A stretch of 41,669 nucleotides of DNA, from the IMG/VR virus record IMGVR_UViG_3300025119_000002. The stretch is one strand, 5' to 3'. The translations under genes and the position numbers were made by a program. Under the pieces are notes generated by a model. It searched no databases, was not told where the DNA came from, and saw only the letters and a program-made list of their open reading frames with translations. The stretch's first letter is position 1; every line of letters starts with the position of its first letter. The stretch is from a virus. Of the stretch, positions 17,476 to 26,693 are shown piece by piece.

Positions 17476-17975
17476 CAGTTCACCACCAAATAGCTGAAGC
17501 ACGCCGGATTCGTGGTCGGTGCAGTGCCGACCGTGATAGTGAAACTCGTACCTGCGGTTCTGGCGGTGACTCCATACTCATCGACGAGCGTGGTGTTGCA
17601 GGTCACCCCCAACTTGGTGCCAAGGCTCGAATCGAACAGAATCAAAATCTGGCTGTTGGCAGTAACGGCGGTGGTATTGACTACCTTGGTTGTAGCCGCA
17701 GCCGCCACTGTGACCGAGCCGGCCGCCGCCGATGCGCAGACCGCAGGCGAGGCCGAACTGGAGCAATTCGTTGCCGTTTTGTAGATAGTGCCGGTGATCC
17801 CGACTGACCCGCAAGGACCGATCGTGTTGGTCCCGATGTAACAGCCAACGTCTTCGGTAGCGCCAGTCGTGACAGTTCCGAAAGCTCCAAGGCTACTGCC
17901 GAGACGAGGTACTTGGCCGGACAGTAAGACCCCTGCAAGCACCGCAATCAGAACTATCTTTGCTCGTTGAACCAT
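17475..17975 (-). CDS. Predicted secreted or membrane-anchored Thr/Ala/Cys-rich protein
   Basis: The N-terminus MVQRAKIVLIAVLAGVLLSGQ is a signal peptide or signal anchor. There are eight Cys in the mature part. Confidence 0.6.
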   Translation of the reverse strand: MVQRAKIVLIAVLAGVLLSGQVPRLGSSLGAFGTVTTGATEDVGCYIGTNTIGPCGSVGITGTIYKTATNCSSSASPAVCASAAAGSVTVAAAATTKVVNTTAVTANSQILILFDSSLGTKLGVTCNTTLVDEYGVTARTAGTSFTITVGTAPTTNPACFSYLVVN

Positions 17976-18433
17976 AGGAGGACCTTTAGTGTGCTCGTCT
18001 CGTTCGCTGGGCGCAGCGTCACGTTCTCGGTTGAGGCGTTTCCCTGCAAGACAATTCCGGTGAGATCAATGGTAATACCCTGACCGCCAGCGGCAACCTG
18101 GAAGACTCCCACGGTCGATCCGGCGCCGACATTACTCGCGGAGAACGCCTGTGCTGTGCTGCTGGCGCCTGTCAGCGGCACGATGGTCATGGCCGTAGTC
18201 GTGGCCGCTGTGCCGCGCAATTCAAGCGTTACGGTGGTGGCGACCGTGCTGTGAATCCATGCCGCTTGCGGGCGAATCACGCGGTTTGAAGTGGTTGGCT
18301 TCTGAAGGGTGATCGCTTGGCTTGAAGGATTTGAGATAGCGATGTAGGCGGTAAAAGAGTCAGCGACTTCTTGCCCTTGCGCCAGAACCGCCAAAACAAG
18401 CAACCCCAGGAATGTTTTCATCATGGTAAGCAT
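17954..18433 (-). CDS. Predicted secreted beta-rich protein
   Basis: MMKTFLGLLVLAVLAQG/QE is a Sec signal. I chose the first ATG after the TerL stop; the track start at 18451 overlaps TerL. Confidence 0.6.
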   Translation of the reverse strand: MLTMMKTFLGLLVLAVLAQGQEVADSFTAYIAISNPSSQAITLQKPTTSNRVIRPQAAWIHSTVATTVTLELRGTAATTTAMTIVPLTGASSTAQAFSASNVGAGSTVGVFQVAAGGQGITIDLTGIVLQGNASTENVTLRPANETSTLKVLLWFNEQR

Positions 18434-18441
18434 ACCACAGT

Positions 18442-19923
18442 TTACGACCACGGCCCTCCAGAAAAAGGAATGCGGCTAGCTTTTTGCGGGCGCGGCGGAG
18501 CGACCTTACGAGCAAACGTCAGCGCCAAGCCATCCGCATCGTCCGGGCTGCGCTCCCCGCGCTTGGTGAGGTCCTGCTTGGATTCGAGAACCAGCTTGTT
18601 TGATCGGTTCAGATGGTAGCCAGGCAGTCCGAGCTGGTAACTCAGTGGCTCCTCTTCAGGGATGGCGCCGATCAGCAGCCATTCCTTCATCGCATCCCAC
18701 ATATAGGCCCGCATGTTGGCTTGATGCTGGTTAGGAGAGTCGCCGCCAAAGTTGATTTCATGCACTTGCTGAAAGCCGAGCATGTGGAGGCGCTCGATGA
18801 TCGGAGAACCAAAGGCGGAATCGATAAACATGGCCGTGATCTTATGCTCTGGCCTTTGATCGGATAGAAGTTCGGCGAGTCTGCCTACCAGCAAACCTCG
18901 ATCATGTCGGATGGCCTCGCCCGGTATCCGTATGCGCGGGATAGTGCGGGCATCCATGCCACGACGGAAGAACACAACATTCCATGCGGCGCCGCCGCCA
19001 GAGACATCGACTCCGGCAATCAGAGGCTCTTCAGGAAGCACCCGGATCGGTCGGCGCATCGCTTGACGGATGCGTTGATGGTCGATGAACTGGAACTCAG
19101 ACGCAAGAGGAGGCAACCCCAGGACGCGCACGCGGACCCAATCCGAGTCTTCGCCGTAATCATGCAGCCACTCCTCGATCAGTTGCTTATTCGTAAAGCG
19201 CGAACTGCGACTGTCCAGAGTCCGGCGGTTCCAGCGCTCACTGTCTTTACCAAAGCAGATATTGTGGAACTCGCCGGTGTTACGCTCGGGCTGCCCCCAA
19301 GCGAAAAACATCGGCTCGCCGTCGGTCAGTCCCCCATAGGCAACCTGCCAGATCGTATCGGGGACAGCGCTTGCCTCATCAAACATGTACCATGACGTGC
19401 TGGTACGGGCGTGCTGGCCGGCGAAGCTCTGAGCGTTTTCCTCTTTGCACGTCTGCGCCACGATCTTCCAGTCGTTCGGGCTGCTCTTCGCGTAGATACC
19501 CGAGGCCATGACCTCAAACCAATGCGCAGTGATGGACAAGCGCACCCAGTACTGAATCGCCGACCAAGTACGTTCCTCAAGCTGCGTGGCCGTCCCAGCC
19601 GTAACCGTACCTGTCGAATAAGGCCGAGTGCTCAAAATCCAGCAAGCAATCCAGGCGCCCATCGCCGTTTTGCCGGTTCCATGTCCGCTCGAAGCCGCCA
19701 TGCGAATAGGCCGAACAGGATTCACGCCGTCGAATTTTCGCAGCACAACTTCGTGCCCCAATGCCCGCAGAAACTCTCGCTGATTATCGTCCGGACCTGT
19801 CTCGCTCTTGAGCGGACCGGGCTCCCCCCAGGGGAAGGCCATCATGACGAAGCCCAGGGGGTCCTCATAGTAGCGCTGGACCAGATCGGCTAGATCGAGG
19901 TGCGGATTGGTGGCGGCGGCCAT
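18442..19923 (-). CDS. terL: Terminase large subunit
   Basis: P-loop SSGHGTGKTAMGAW, Walker B WYMFDEASAV, and a C-terminal RNase-H-like nuclease region (AGVDVSGGG, MFIDSAFG). 493 aa. Confidence 0.9.
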   Translation of the reverse strand: MAAATNPHLDLADLVQRYYEDPLGFVMMAFPWGEPGPLKSETGPDDNQREFLRALGHEVVLRKFDGVNPVRPIRMAASSGHGTGKTAMGAWIACWILSTRPYSTGTVTAGTATQLEERTWSAIQYWVRLSITAHWFEVMASGIYAKSSPNDWKIVAQTCKEENAQSFAGQHARTSTSWYMFDEASAVPDTIWQVAYGGLTDGEPMFFAWGQPERNTGEFHNICFGKDSERWNRRTLDSRSSRFTNKQLIEEWLHDYGEDSDWVRVRVLGLPPLASEFQFIDHQRIRQAMRRPIRVLPEEPLIAGVDVSGGGAAWNVVFFRRGMDARTIPRIRIPGEAIRHDRGLLVGRLAELLSDQRPEHKITAMFIDSAFGSPIIERLHMLGFQQVHEINFGGDSPNQHQANMRAYMWDAMKEWLLIGAIPEEEPLSYQLGLPGYHLNRSNKLVLESKQDLTKRGERSPDDADGLALTFARKVAPPRPQKASRIPFSGGPWS

Positions 19924-19964
19924 TTCAGGGTTTCTTTCGCTTGATCGCTATCTGCTGCTCCAAC

Positions 19965-22900
19965 TCATCGATGGCCTCGCTCGGGAATCCCCTGATCGCT
20001 TTCACCGAAAGCAGCGCGGTAAGCGGTTTCTGGGGTCATCGGCTTGCTCGTTTCTGGAAAAAGGCCAGGCCCTTCGATGGCGATCCGCCGAGCATGCTCA
20101 GCTTCTTCCACGTACCGCCGAACTGCCGTGACAAGCTCGGAAGTGGGACGGTTCTGAAGCATTTTCGCAAGTTGCACCCCTTCTGCCGTCCATTGTTGTT
20201 GCGAGAATAAGCCAGATTGCTTGAGAAAGGCATCGAGGTCTTTCTGCCCATAGGACCGCGCCGCTTCGATCAAGTCTACGGCTTCCTGAATACGCGGCGT
20301 CAGGCTAAACTCTCCGGTTTCAGCACGAACCAAAGGCGCGGCCATACGTTCCAGTTTCCCTCGAATGGAAGGCGGGATGGTGTCAAGCTGCGCCGGATCG
20401 CGGAAGAAACGTCCAAGAATTAACTTTGAGATTCGTTCCTTTCCTGCTCTGGTCAACAGGTCCGCTTCAGCGAGCCCGGCACGTTCTTGTGGGGCAATGA
20501 CGCCATCATCAATCAGGCGGTTAAGAACTTCCCCGCCGCCCCTGCCCTCCAAGACCTGCGCCAGCGTTGCATCCGGGCCTTGCCGCTCAAGACGGCCAGC
20601 AACATCATCGAGTGTTGAAATCGGCACACGGCGGGAATCTGCGATGGCTTGTTCTGCGGGCCGAAGTGCAGCCGTTCCGGGTCGATTGAAAAGCGTCAGT
20701 GCATCCTGCTTGGAAGAAGGTGTCGTGAGTTCGGAATTATGGATGCGACGAAAAAGCCCAGGCTTTCTCATGCTGGCAACCGTATCAGGGTTCACCCCGA
20801 ATTTGGGCGCTTCGTCTTGAAGCATCTGACGATAGGCCCGTGCACCTTCAGGATTTTGGGCGTAGACCCGATCAAGGATCATCTTGCGGCCGTTGCCGGC
20901 CAAAACATTGCCCGCACCATCAATCACGGTCGGCCCGTTGGTTGCGTCCGGGTTGTCGGTGATAAGCCAAGCCGGTTTGAACTTCTTCGGCAAAGCTCCG
21001 TTTAGAATCTTCGCCCGATTATCTGGCACCGAGTAATCACGGTCATTTTTCAGGTTGTACTTGGGGTTTTCAGCGAACGTCACGCCATTGTGCGAGGCCT
21101 GGATTTCGTCTAGTTCACGTACTTCGTAGGTAACGCGGTAGGTGATTTCGGAGCCTGGTACAAGGAGGGTCGCATCCTTGCCAGGTGCCTGGCTTGCGCC
21201 AAGCGGCTCAGAAATCGCCGTGCTCGCGCTTGCTTCGCGTACTCTTCCCGTTGCTGCTGTTTCTGGCGTTCCACTAGTTCTAACTATACCACGCTCCGCC
21301 GCAGCGGGCAAGTTCCCAAGGGTGCTTTCGACGTTCCTGGCTGCCATCAAAGCGCGCATTTCAGCCGGGATTCGCTTGATGGTCCTGGGTGCCGGCACCG
21401 GGATGCCGATCCGCTCAGCCATCGCCTTCCAATAGTCCGGCGTAATGCGCGCCACATCATCCGGCGAAATATTGCCATCGACAAGCATCTCGGCCAAGCT
21501 TTTTCTCGTGATCCTGGCAACCTGCTTGTGATACTCGGCCTTCGGCTCCGCCAGTGGATCTCTGAGTGGCTTTGGGCCTGGCGGAGGCTCAGTTCGGACC
21601 GCTTCACCGAAAGCAGATCGCATTTGCGCAACGTCGCCCAATGATTCACCCGTGTAGAAAATCGTCGGTTCGCCCGTTATCGGATTGACTCCCATCTGTG
21701 GGCGAGGGTGAGAAACGACCATTGAGGATTTAGGGCTTGGCGGCTCAGTGAGCAGTATCCGTGGCGGCGCCGCCAATTGACGCGAGGGCGGCAAGGGTTC
21801 CACAAGTTCGGCGATAGAGAGCGCGGGAGGAGCAGCGGCTTCGCCAGTTGGAGCTTTAGCTGGCGCTTGCTCTATTGGAGAAGCCGCTGGTCTGGCCGGC
21901 GGGATCGTGGATTCTGCCACAGGAGATTTGATCCGCTCAGCCAGATTTCTGACGCCCTGTTGCTGTTCAGGCGTGAGCTTTGCGAACGGTTTGCCGGCCT
22001 GCGCTACAGAGATTTTTTCTAGCAAAAGTGAAGCGCCGCTCTCTGCCTCAGCCATCGCGATTCTCTGATAATCGGATAGACTGGTTTCGGCGGCGACTTG
22101 CTCCTGGGTTTTCTCAAGCATGGCATCAATACGTTCGCGGGTTTTCACGCGCTCTACGTCGGCTTGAGTAGCACGAGTGTATTCTGCTTCCTGGGCAGCT
22201 TGAACTTCGGCAGCTTGCTTGGCGCTTGCTTTGGCTGCTACTTCTCTATCCCGCAATCTGGATATATCTGATTCTGTGGCTCCAGAAATCTCCGCTTGTC
22301 TGCGAGCATCGGCGGCAGCTTCGGCTCGCGCTTGAGCCTTCGCCGCCTGTTTTGCTTGAGCCTCTCTAATTTGCAAACGCTCCCAGTCAAGGAGGCTTGC
22401 TTCTTTTATGGCAGACTCTTGTATGGGAGAAATTTCTTCCGTCTTCGCCATCTCTGCGGCCTTCTTCTGAATCGCTTCCTTGGCTCTCCTTACGGCAGCG
22501 TGTGCGATCGGGGCCGGCACACCGATCTTTCTCAAGGCCCAGGCCGCCGCGACCTCCGGCGCAGCCATTGCTATGCGCTTTCCACCTGCCACCCCGCGCT
22601 CAATGCTCGCTGCTGCTGCTTTTGGTCGAATCGGACCGCCAGCTCCGGCAGCTACCATGGGACCGCCAAATCCGTAGGCTGTGCCCAATGCGCCGGCCAC
22701 ATCTCCCCTGTTGACTTGCTCAGCAGCTTGCTCTAGGGCTTGCGCCGCTCCGATAGGGATGAAGTTCAGGAACGACGCATAGCCCTTGATGATACCGGTC
22801 TTGTAATCGCCGCGTTTGAATGCCGCCGCAGCCTCTTGCGTCATGCGGTCGGTTTCAGTTCCAGGCAGGCCAAGCGCTTCGGCCGGCGCCCTTTTCAACT

Positions 22901-23150
22901 CCGTCAAGAAACTCTTGGCTGTTTCAAACGGGCTCGCGGCGAGCTCCGCGAGCAGTTTTGTGGGATGACGCGCCCAGACCGACGATACAAAACCCTTCGG
23001 ACTTTTGGGCGCCGCTGCGGTTTCTTCCTCGGCGGTATTAACTTTCCTTTTGCCGCCATACTGCTGCGCAAGGGCATCATAATCGATCTTTCGACCGCCC
23101 CCGAATTGGCGGGCCAGAGCCTCATAATCAGGTTGAGCAGCGCTGGCCAT
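19965..23150 (-). CDS. 1061-aa multidomain virion/ejection-type (polyvalent-like) protein with a ParB/Srx-like segment
   Basis: N-terminal duplicated DYEALARQFGG/DYDALAQQYGG, Ala-rich coiled coils, and residues about 670-800 (EIQASHNG...NDRDYS...GPTVIDGAGNVLAGNGRKMILDRVY...YRQML). That segment resembles the ParB-like domain of phage and conjugative-element polyvalent proteins, from memory. Confidence 0.6.
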   Translation of the reverse strand: MASAAQPDYEALARQFGGGRKIDYDALAQQYGGKRKVNTAEEETAAAPKSPKGFVSSVWARHPTKLLAELAASPFETAKSFLTELKRAPAEALGLPGTETDRMTQEAAAAFKRGDYKTGIIKGYASFLNFIPIGAAQALEQAAEQVNRGDVAGALGTAYGFGGPMVAAGAGGPIRPKAAAASIERGVAGGKRIAMAAPEVAAAWALRKIGVPAPIAHAAVRRAKEAIQKKAAEMAKTEEISPIQESAIKEASLLDWERLQIREAQAKQAAKAQARAEAAADARRQAEISGATESDISRLRDREVAAKASAKQAAEVQAAQEAEYTRATQADVERVKTRERIDAMLEKTQEQVAAETSLSDYQRIAMAEAESGASLLLEKISVAQAGKPFAKLTPEQQQGVRNLAERIKSPVAESTIPPARPAASPIEQAPAKAPTGEAAAPPALSIAELVEPLPPSRQLAAPPRILLTEPPSPKSSMVVSHPRPQMGVNPITGEPTIFYTGESLGDVAQMRSAFGEAVRTEPPPGPKPLRDPLAEPKAEYHKQVARITRKSLAEMLVDGNISPDDVARITPDYWKAMAERIGIPVPAPRTIKRIPAEMRALMAARNVESTLGNLPAAAERGIVRTSGTPETAATGRVREASASTAISEPLGASQAPGKDATLLVPGSEITYRVTYEVRELDEIQASHNGVTFAENPKYNLKNDRDYSVPDNRAKILNGALPKKFKPAWLITDNPDATNGPTVIDGAGNVLAGNGRKMILDRVYAQNPEGARAYRQMLQDEAPKFGVNPDTVASMRKPGLFRRIHNSELTTPSSKQDALTLFNRPGTAALRPAEQAIADSRRVPISTLDDVAGRLERQGPDATLAQVLEGRGGGEVLNRLIDDGVIAPQERAGLAEADLLTRAGKERISKLILGRFFRDPAQLDTIPPSIRGKLERMAAPLVRAETGEFSLTPRIQEAVDLIEAARSYGQKDLDAFLKQSGLFSQQQWTAEGVQLAKMLQNRPTSELVTAVRRYVEEAEHARRIAIEGPGLFPETSKPMTPETAYRAAFGESDQGIPERGHR

Positions 23151-24541
23151 TACTTAATACCGGCTGCTGCCTTAAAGGCGTCCGCCGATTTCTTATCTGG
23201 AAACGTCATCACACCGCCATCGGGCAGCCTTACATCGACAGCTGGCTGTGCGGGCGCGGGTGTAGTGCCTACGCCATGCGCTTGAGCCACAGAGTCAGCA
23301 TAAGCATCAATTTCAACCAAGGCCGCACGTAGGTTCTCGGGGGATTGCTTGCCGGCATCAACCAAATCCTTGAAGTGCTCCATGATTTGCACGCCGCCGC
23401 GAGCACCGACGTGCATCCGCATCAGAAGCGTCTGGAGCAACCCCATGTTGAGACGAAGGCGCGTAAACTCCGGGTTTGGCGCTCCGACCTTGCCGGCCAT
23501 AAACTCAGCCCAGCGGCTCGCGGCCGGTCCGAGCTCTGCTTCTTGAAAGGCGACTTGATTGGTGATCCGTGCAACAAGATCCTTCACTTTGGGCGCCGTC
23601 TCTGCCATCGTGCGGGTGGCCGACGTGGGTACAGTTAAAGAACTCAACCCGCTTGGGCTGACGGTACCTTCTGGTACTGTCTGACCTGGCCGCACTTCTA
23701 CAGCCTGATAACCCCCACCGGCTTTAGGAGCCATCATCAAGGTTGTCTTGCCCTGATCTGGAGCTTGAGAAGCCTTGCGTAACCGGAGTTGCTGCGCTTC
23801 TTCCTCCGGCGTTAAAAGCTTCGGAGTTGCGGGCTTGCGTTGGTCGTAGGCTGTCAGCGCGTCCATGAGTGAAGCACCCGGGTTCACGCGCCGATATTCG
23901 TCAACCCAAATCTGCTGTGCTTCTGGGAGTCGCGCGCCTGCCTTGGCTTTGTCCGCCTCAATCTGCGCCTTGAGCTTTGCCGTTTCCGTCTCAATCTTCA
24001 GGCGTTCTTCTTGTTTCAGTTGCAGTTCCCGTGCGTGCAAATCCTTCCCTAAAGCAGTCACCCCGAGTATTGGCCGCAAGTTCTTTCTGCCGGGGTACTC
24101 GATATTTGCGAACTCCGGGAATGGGGCCATGGCCGCTGCCCATGCCGCTGTACTTTCCTCTTCGTTCGGCAGGCTAATTACCCCGGAGATTGCGCGGGTG
24201 ACCTGATTCCCGTACTCCACGGCTGCCTTATTCTCGTCTTCCTTCGCTTCGCGAGCGGCCTTTTCCTCTTCGATGCGGAGTTTAGTGAATGCCGGATACA
24301 TCCCTGGGGCGGTCCGCAGAATGTGCTGTCTGCCCTTTTCCCAGTCGCCCAGAGCTAAGGCCTCCCCCATCCGCTGCTGGTCTAGTTGAGCGCGTTGGGA
24401 TTCACGACGCTTGCGGGCCGTTTCCTCCATGAGAAAACGCTGCTGCTCGAGGATGGCGGCCTGCTTCTGGCGCTCGGCAACACTCAGAACTTCGGGAACG
24501 TCTGCACCGCCAGAGGCGATCAATTGAGCGATAGAGGCCAT
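23150..24541 (-). CDS. Coiled-coil internal virion/ejection-type protein (hypothetical)
   Basis: 463 aa, E/K/A/Q-rich. ATGA-type single-base overlaps with both neighbours. Confidence 0.6.
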   Translation of the reverse strand: MASIAQLIASGGADVPEVLSVAERQKQAAILEQQRFLMEETARKRRESQRAQLDQQRMGEALALGDWEKGRQHILRTAPGMYPAFTKLRIEEEKAAREAKEDENKAAVEYGNQVTRAISGVISLPNEEESTAAWAAAMAPFPEFANIEYPGRKNLRPILGVTALGKDLHARELQLKQEERLKIETETAKLKAQIEADKAKAGARLPEAQQIWVDEYRRVNPGASLMDALTAYDQRKPATPKLLTPEEEAQQLRLRKASQAPDQGKTTLMMAPKAGGGYQAVEVRPGQTVPEGTVSPSGLSSLTVPTSATRTMAETAPKVKDLVARITNQVAFQEAELGPAASRWAEFMAGKVGAPNPEFTRLRLNMGLLQTLLMRMHVGARGGVQIMEHFKDLVDAGKQSPENLRAALVEIDAYADSVAQAHGVGTTPAPAQPAVDVRLPDGGVMTFPDKKSADAFKAAAGIK

Positions 24542-25356
24542 TACACGTTCAATGGTTGCCGCCGCCGTAACCCGCGAATCGCCTCAATCAAGTCAGGGAG
24601 ACTATTGAGGCCGCCAGCAACAGCCTGACGGGTTCCCACATTGCCTCCCAAGATGCCGGAGGCTTCTGCCTCCCCGATCCCGAGAGTGATAGGCGCCGCT
24701 GACCGGGCCGCTCCCGTGGTTACGTCGGCAATGCTCTCAGCCGTCCGCAATCCGACATCTCCAGCGTAGCGCCCTGCCCCTATGGTGTTCGCTCCGAATA
24801 CCTCAGTCGCCCGCTGGCCGCGCCCGGCGAGGATGTCGTTGATATCTACGTTAGCGCCAAACGTCTTTAGCGCTCGCTGAAATGCCTGGTCGTAGTACGT
24901 ACTGGCAAGCCCCTGCCCGAACTCCGTAAGCCCCTGGAGAACGTTCCCGCTCGATGCCAACCCGCGCGCAGCGGCGCTGTTCGCAATCGCCTGCGTTCCC
25001 TTGTTTAACTGGAACTGAAACGCAGGGTCGTTGGCATAGTCCTCATAGTTGAACTTGAAGCCAGCCCGAGCCAAGTCCGCCAAGGAAGTGATCCCCTGCT
25101 CGCCGGCCGTTCGGTACGGCTGCAAGCCCAAGTTGGCTGCTTCTGTGGCCTCGTATACCGCCTGGGGTGCATTCCGGCCGGCCTCAGCGAGTCCGGTACC
25201 CGCAGTCTCGGCAGCTCGGTAGATATCTCCCTTAGCGACCTCGCCGGCATTGGCAAGACTTGTAGCGGCACGTTTGGACGCGCCGCGACGAGATAAACCA
25301 CTGAATATGCTGCCTACCGCAGGGATCGCCGCAGCAATCAATTGAGGCCATGGCAT
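24541..25356 (-). CDS. Gly/Ala-rich internal virion (DNA-pilot/ejection-like) protein
   Basis: 271 aa. The pattern AIANSAAARGLASSGNVLQGLTEFGQGLASTYYDQAF is typical of podovirus/microvirus pilot-type proteins, from memory. Confidence 0.55.
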   Translation of the reverse strand: MPWPQLIAAAIPAVGSIFSGLSRRGASKRAATSLANAGEVAKGDIYRAAETAGTGLAEAGRNAPQAVYEATEAANLGLQPYRTAGEQGITSLADLARAGFKFNYEDYANDPAFQFQLNKGTQAIANSAAARGLASSGNVLQGLTEFGQGLASTYYDQAFQRALKTFGANVDINDILAGRGQRATEVFGANTIGAGRYAGDVGLRTAESIADVTTGAARSAAPITLGIGEAEASGILGGNVGTRQAVAGGLNSLPDLIEAIRGLRRRQPLNV

Positions 25357-25388
25357 GGCCCCACTATTGCACAGAGACGAAACAAAGT

Positions 25389-25760
25389 CTAGGGGGAATG
25401 TTCGGAGCTTCCATCCAGTTTTTGGAGCCGTTCGCGCGCCGCCTGAAGGCGTTGGACAATCTCAACCTCGATTGCGCCCCCGTCGCGCCCGGTGTGCTCC
25501 ACGAGTTGCTTAACGCTCAGTCCAGCCCGATCCAACACAGCGATTACAGCAGCAACACGTACACTGGCTGGCGTCTTTTTGTTTCTCGCAATTTCTACCA
25601 GGGCGCCGGCGAGTAGATCGGCCGCTTGAAGTAACCGCTGCTGCGCTTTCGCTTTGACTTGCGGCGCGGAGCCTCCGTGAACGCGGCAAACATTACTACC
25701 CTTAATCGCTCGACCTCGGCATGGATCGCCGTTGCTGCTGCGGTGGGCAGAACAGATCAT
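25389..25760 (-). CDS. Small DNA-binding protein, terminase small-subunit candidate
   Basis: First gene of the late block. Cys-rich N-terminus with a CRVHGGSAP motif, then a helical region. The functional call is weak. Confidence 0.4.
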   Translation of the reverse strand: MICSAHRSSNGDPCRGRAIKGSNVCRVHGGSAPQVKAKAQQRLLQAADLLAGALVEIARNKKTPASVRVAAVIAVLDRAGLSVKQLVEHTGRDGGAIEVEIVQRLQAARERLQKLDGSSEHSP

Positions 25761-25782
25761 AGGTCACAATGCCCTATGGGTC

Positions 25783-25788
25783 ATTATA
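25783..25788 (-). promoter_or_regulatory. Perfect TATAAT hexamer without a recognisable -35, about 25 nt upstream of the first late gene
   Basis: Minus strand reads gtggtgTATAATgacccat. The hexamer 17 nt upstream is GGGTAG. Confidence 0.25.
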
Positions 25789-25835
25789 CACCACAATCGC
25801 CCGTCCTACCCTCCGGCTCAGGCCAGCGCCGGGAG

Positions 25836-25860
25836 GCCCCGTCTGACCCGAACACGGGGC
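25836..25860 (-). terminator. 7-bp GC hairpin at the early/late junction (no U-tract)
   Basis: GCCCCGT-11 nt-ACGGGGC, nested inside a second pairing between CCCTCCGG (25809-25816) and CCGGAGGG (25882-25889). Confidence 0.3.
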
Positions 25861-25901
25861 ATAGTGCGGCGGCTTAGGAGGCCGGAGGGCAGGACGCGGG
25901 A

Positions 25902-26183
25902 CTAGTGCGGTAGCAAATCAGGCGCTAACAGGCGCACCAGATTGCGGGCTTCCTGTATTTCATAGCATGTGCACTCACCGTCACCGCCAGTGATATCGCA
26001 CGGCTCACAGTGGCCAGATGCGATCATTAACGTGTAGTTCCAGCAGCCGGTACAGACATACTGCCCATCGGCTGTTACCAATTGTGAATTCTCTAAGTTT
26101 CTTAGTCCTGCCATGTACCGAGCACCGCATTTGCAAGCTCTAATGTCGGTGTCACAAGCCAAGTAAAGTCCTACTGTGTCCAT
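25902..26183 (-). CDS. Cys-rich small hypothetical protein
   Basis: 93-aa ORF with 12 Cys in CxC/CxxC arrangements. Confidence 0.55.
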   Translation of the reverse strand: MDTVGLYLACDTDIRACKCGARYMAGLRNLENSQLVTADGQYVCTGCWNYTLMIASGHCEPCDITGGDGECTCYEIQEARNLVRLLAPDLLPH

Positions 26184-26223
26184 AATCGGGGGTTCTCCTA
26201 TACCCCGTCCTAGGCATCCGCTC

Positions 26224-26493
26224 TTAACCGGGGATGACTAGGGCGCGGGATAGGGTGTTTACCTCGCTGACCTCCCGTAAGAGCCGACAAGCGCGGTCCT
26301 CCGGGGTGTCCTTAGTCAGTTGCAGATACCGTCGCGTTGCCCGGTTTTTGTAGTGGTGAACGCCCGGCGGGTCTTCGTGCATCCACATGTAGTCTACACA
26401 ACGTCTGAGCGGGAGACCCGCCAGCACAACCGCCCGCTCAAGTGGCGACCAGTCGGGCGAGGTAAAGTTGAACGGTCTGTAAGGGGTAGTCAC
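26224..26493 (-). CDS. Hypothetical protein
   Basis: 89-aa ORF with a 4-nt overlap with the upstream gene. Confidence 0.55.
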   Translation of the reverse strand: MTTPYRPFNFTSPDWSPLERAVVLAGLPLRRCVDYMWMHEDPPGVHHYKNRATRRYLQLTKDTPEDRACRLLREVSEVNTLSRALVIPG

Positions 26494-26693
26494 GATTGCA
26501 CCTCCACGTGGCCGAGCAACGCCAGGTCACGGCGCGCGGCGCGAATATGTTGCGCCGCCAACTTTGCCTTGTAGGGTTTGGCGGTGGCAACGATGGTTTC
26601 CTGCTCGCGGATTTTTTCGGTCAAGCGCGCGGCGAATACGGCGGGAGTCAGACCGCAGCGCCAAATGAGATGCTCAAGTTCGCGGCGCGTCAC
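26490..26693 (-). CDS. Hypothetical protein
   Basis: 67-aa ORF with 4-nt overlaps on both sides. Confidence 0.55.
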   Translation of the reverse strand: MTRRELEHLIWRCGLTPAVFAARLTEKIREQETIVATAKPYKAKLAAQHIRAARRDLALLGHVEVQS

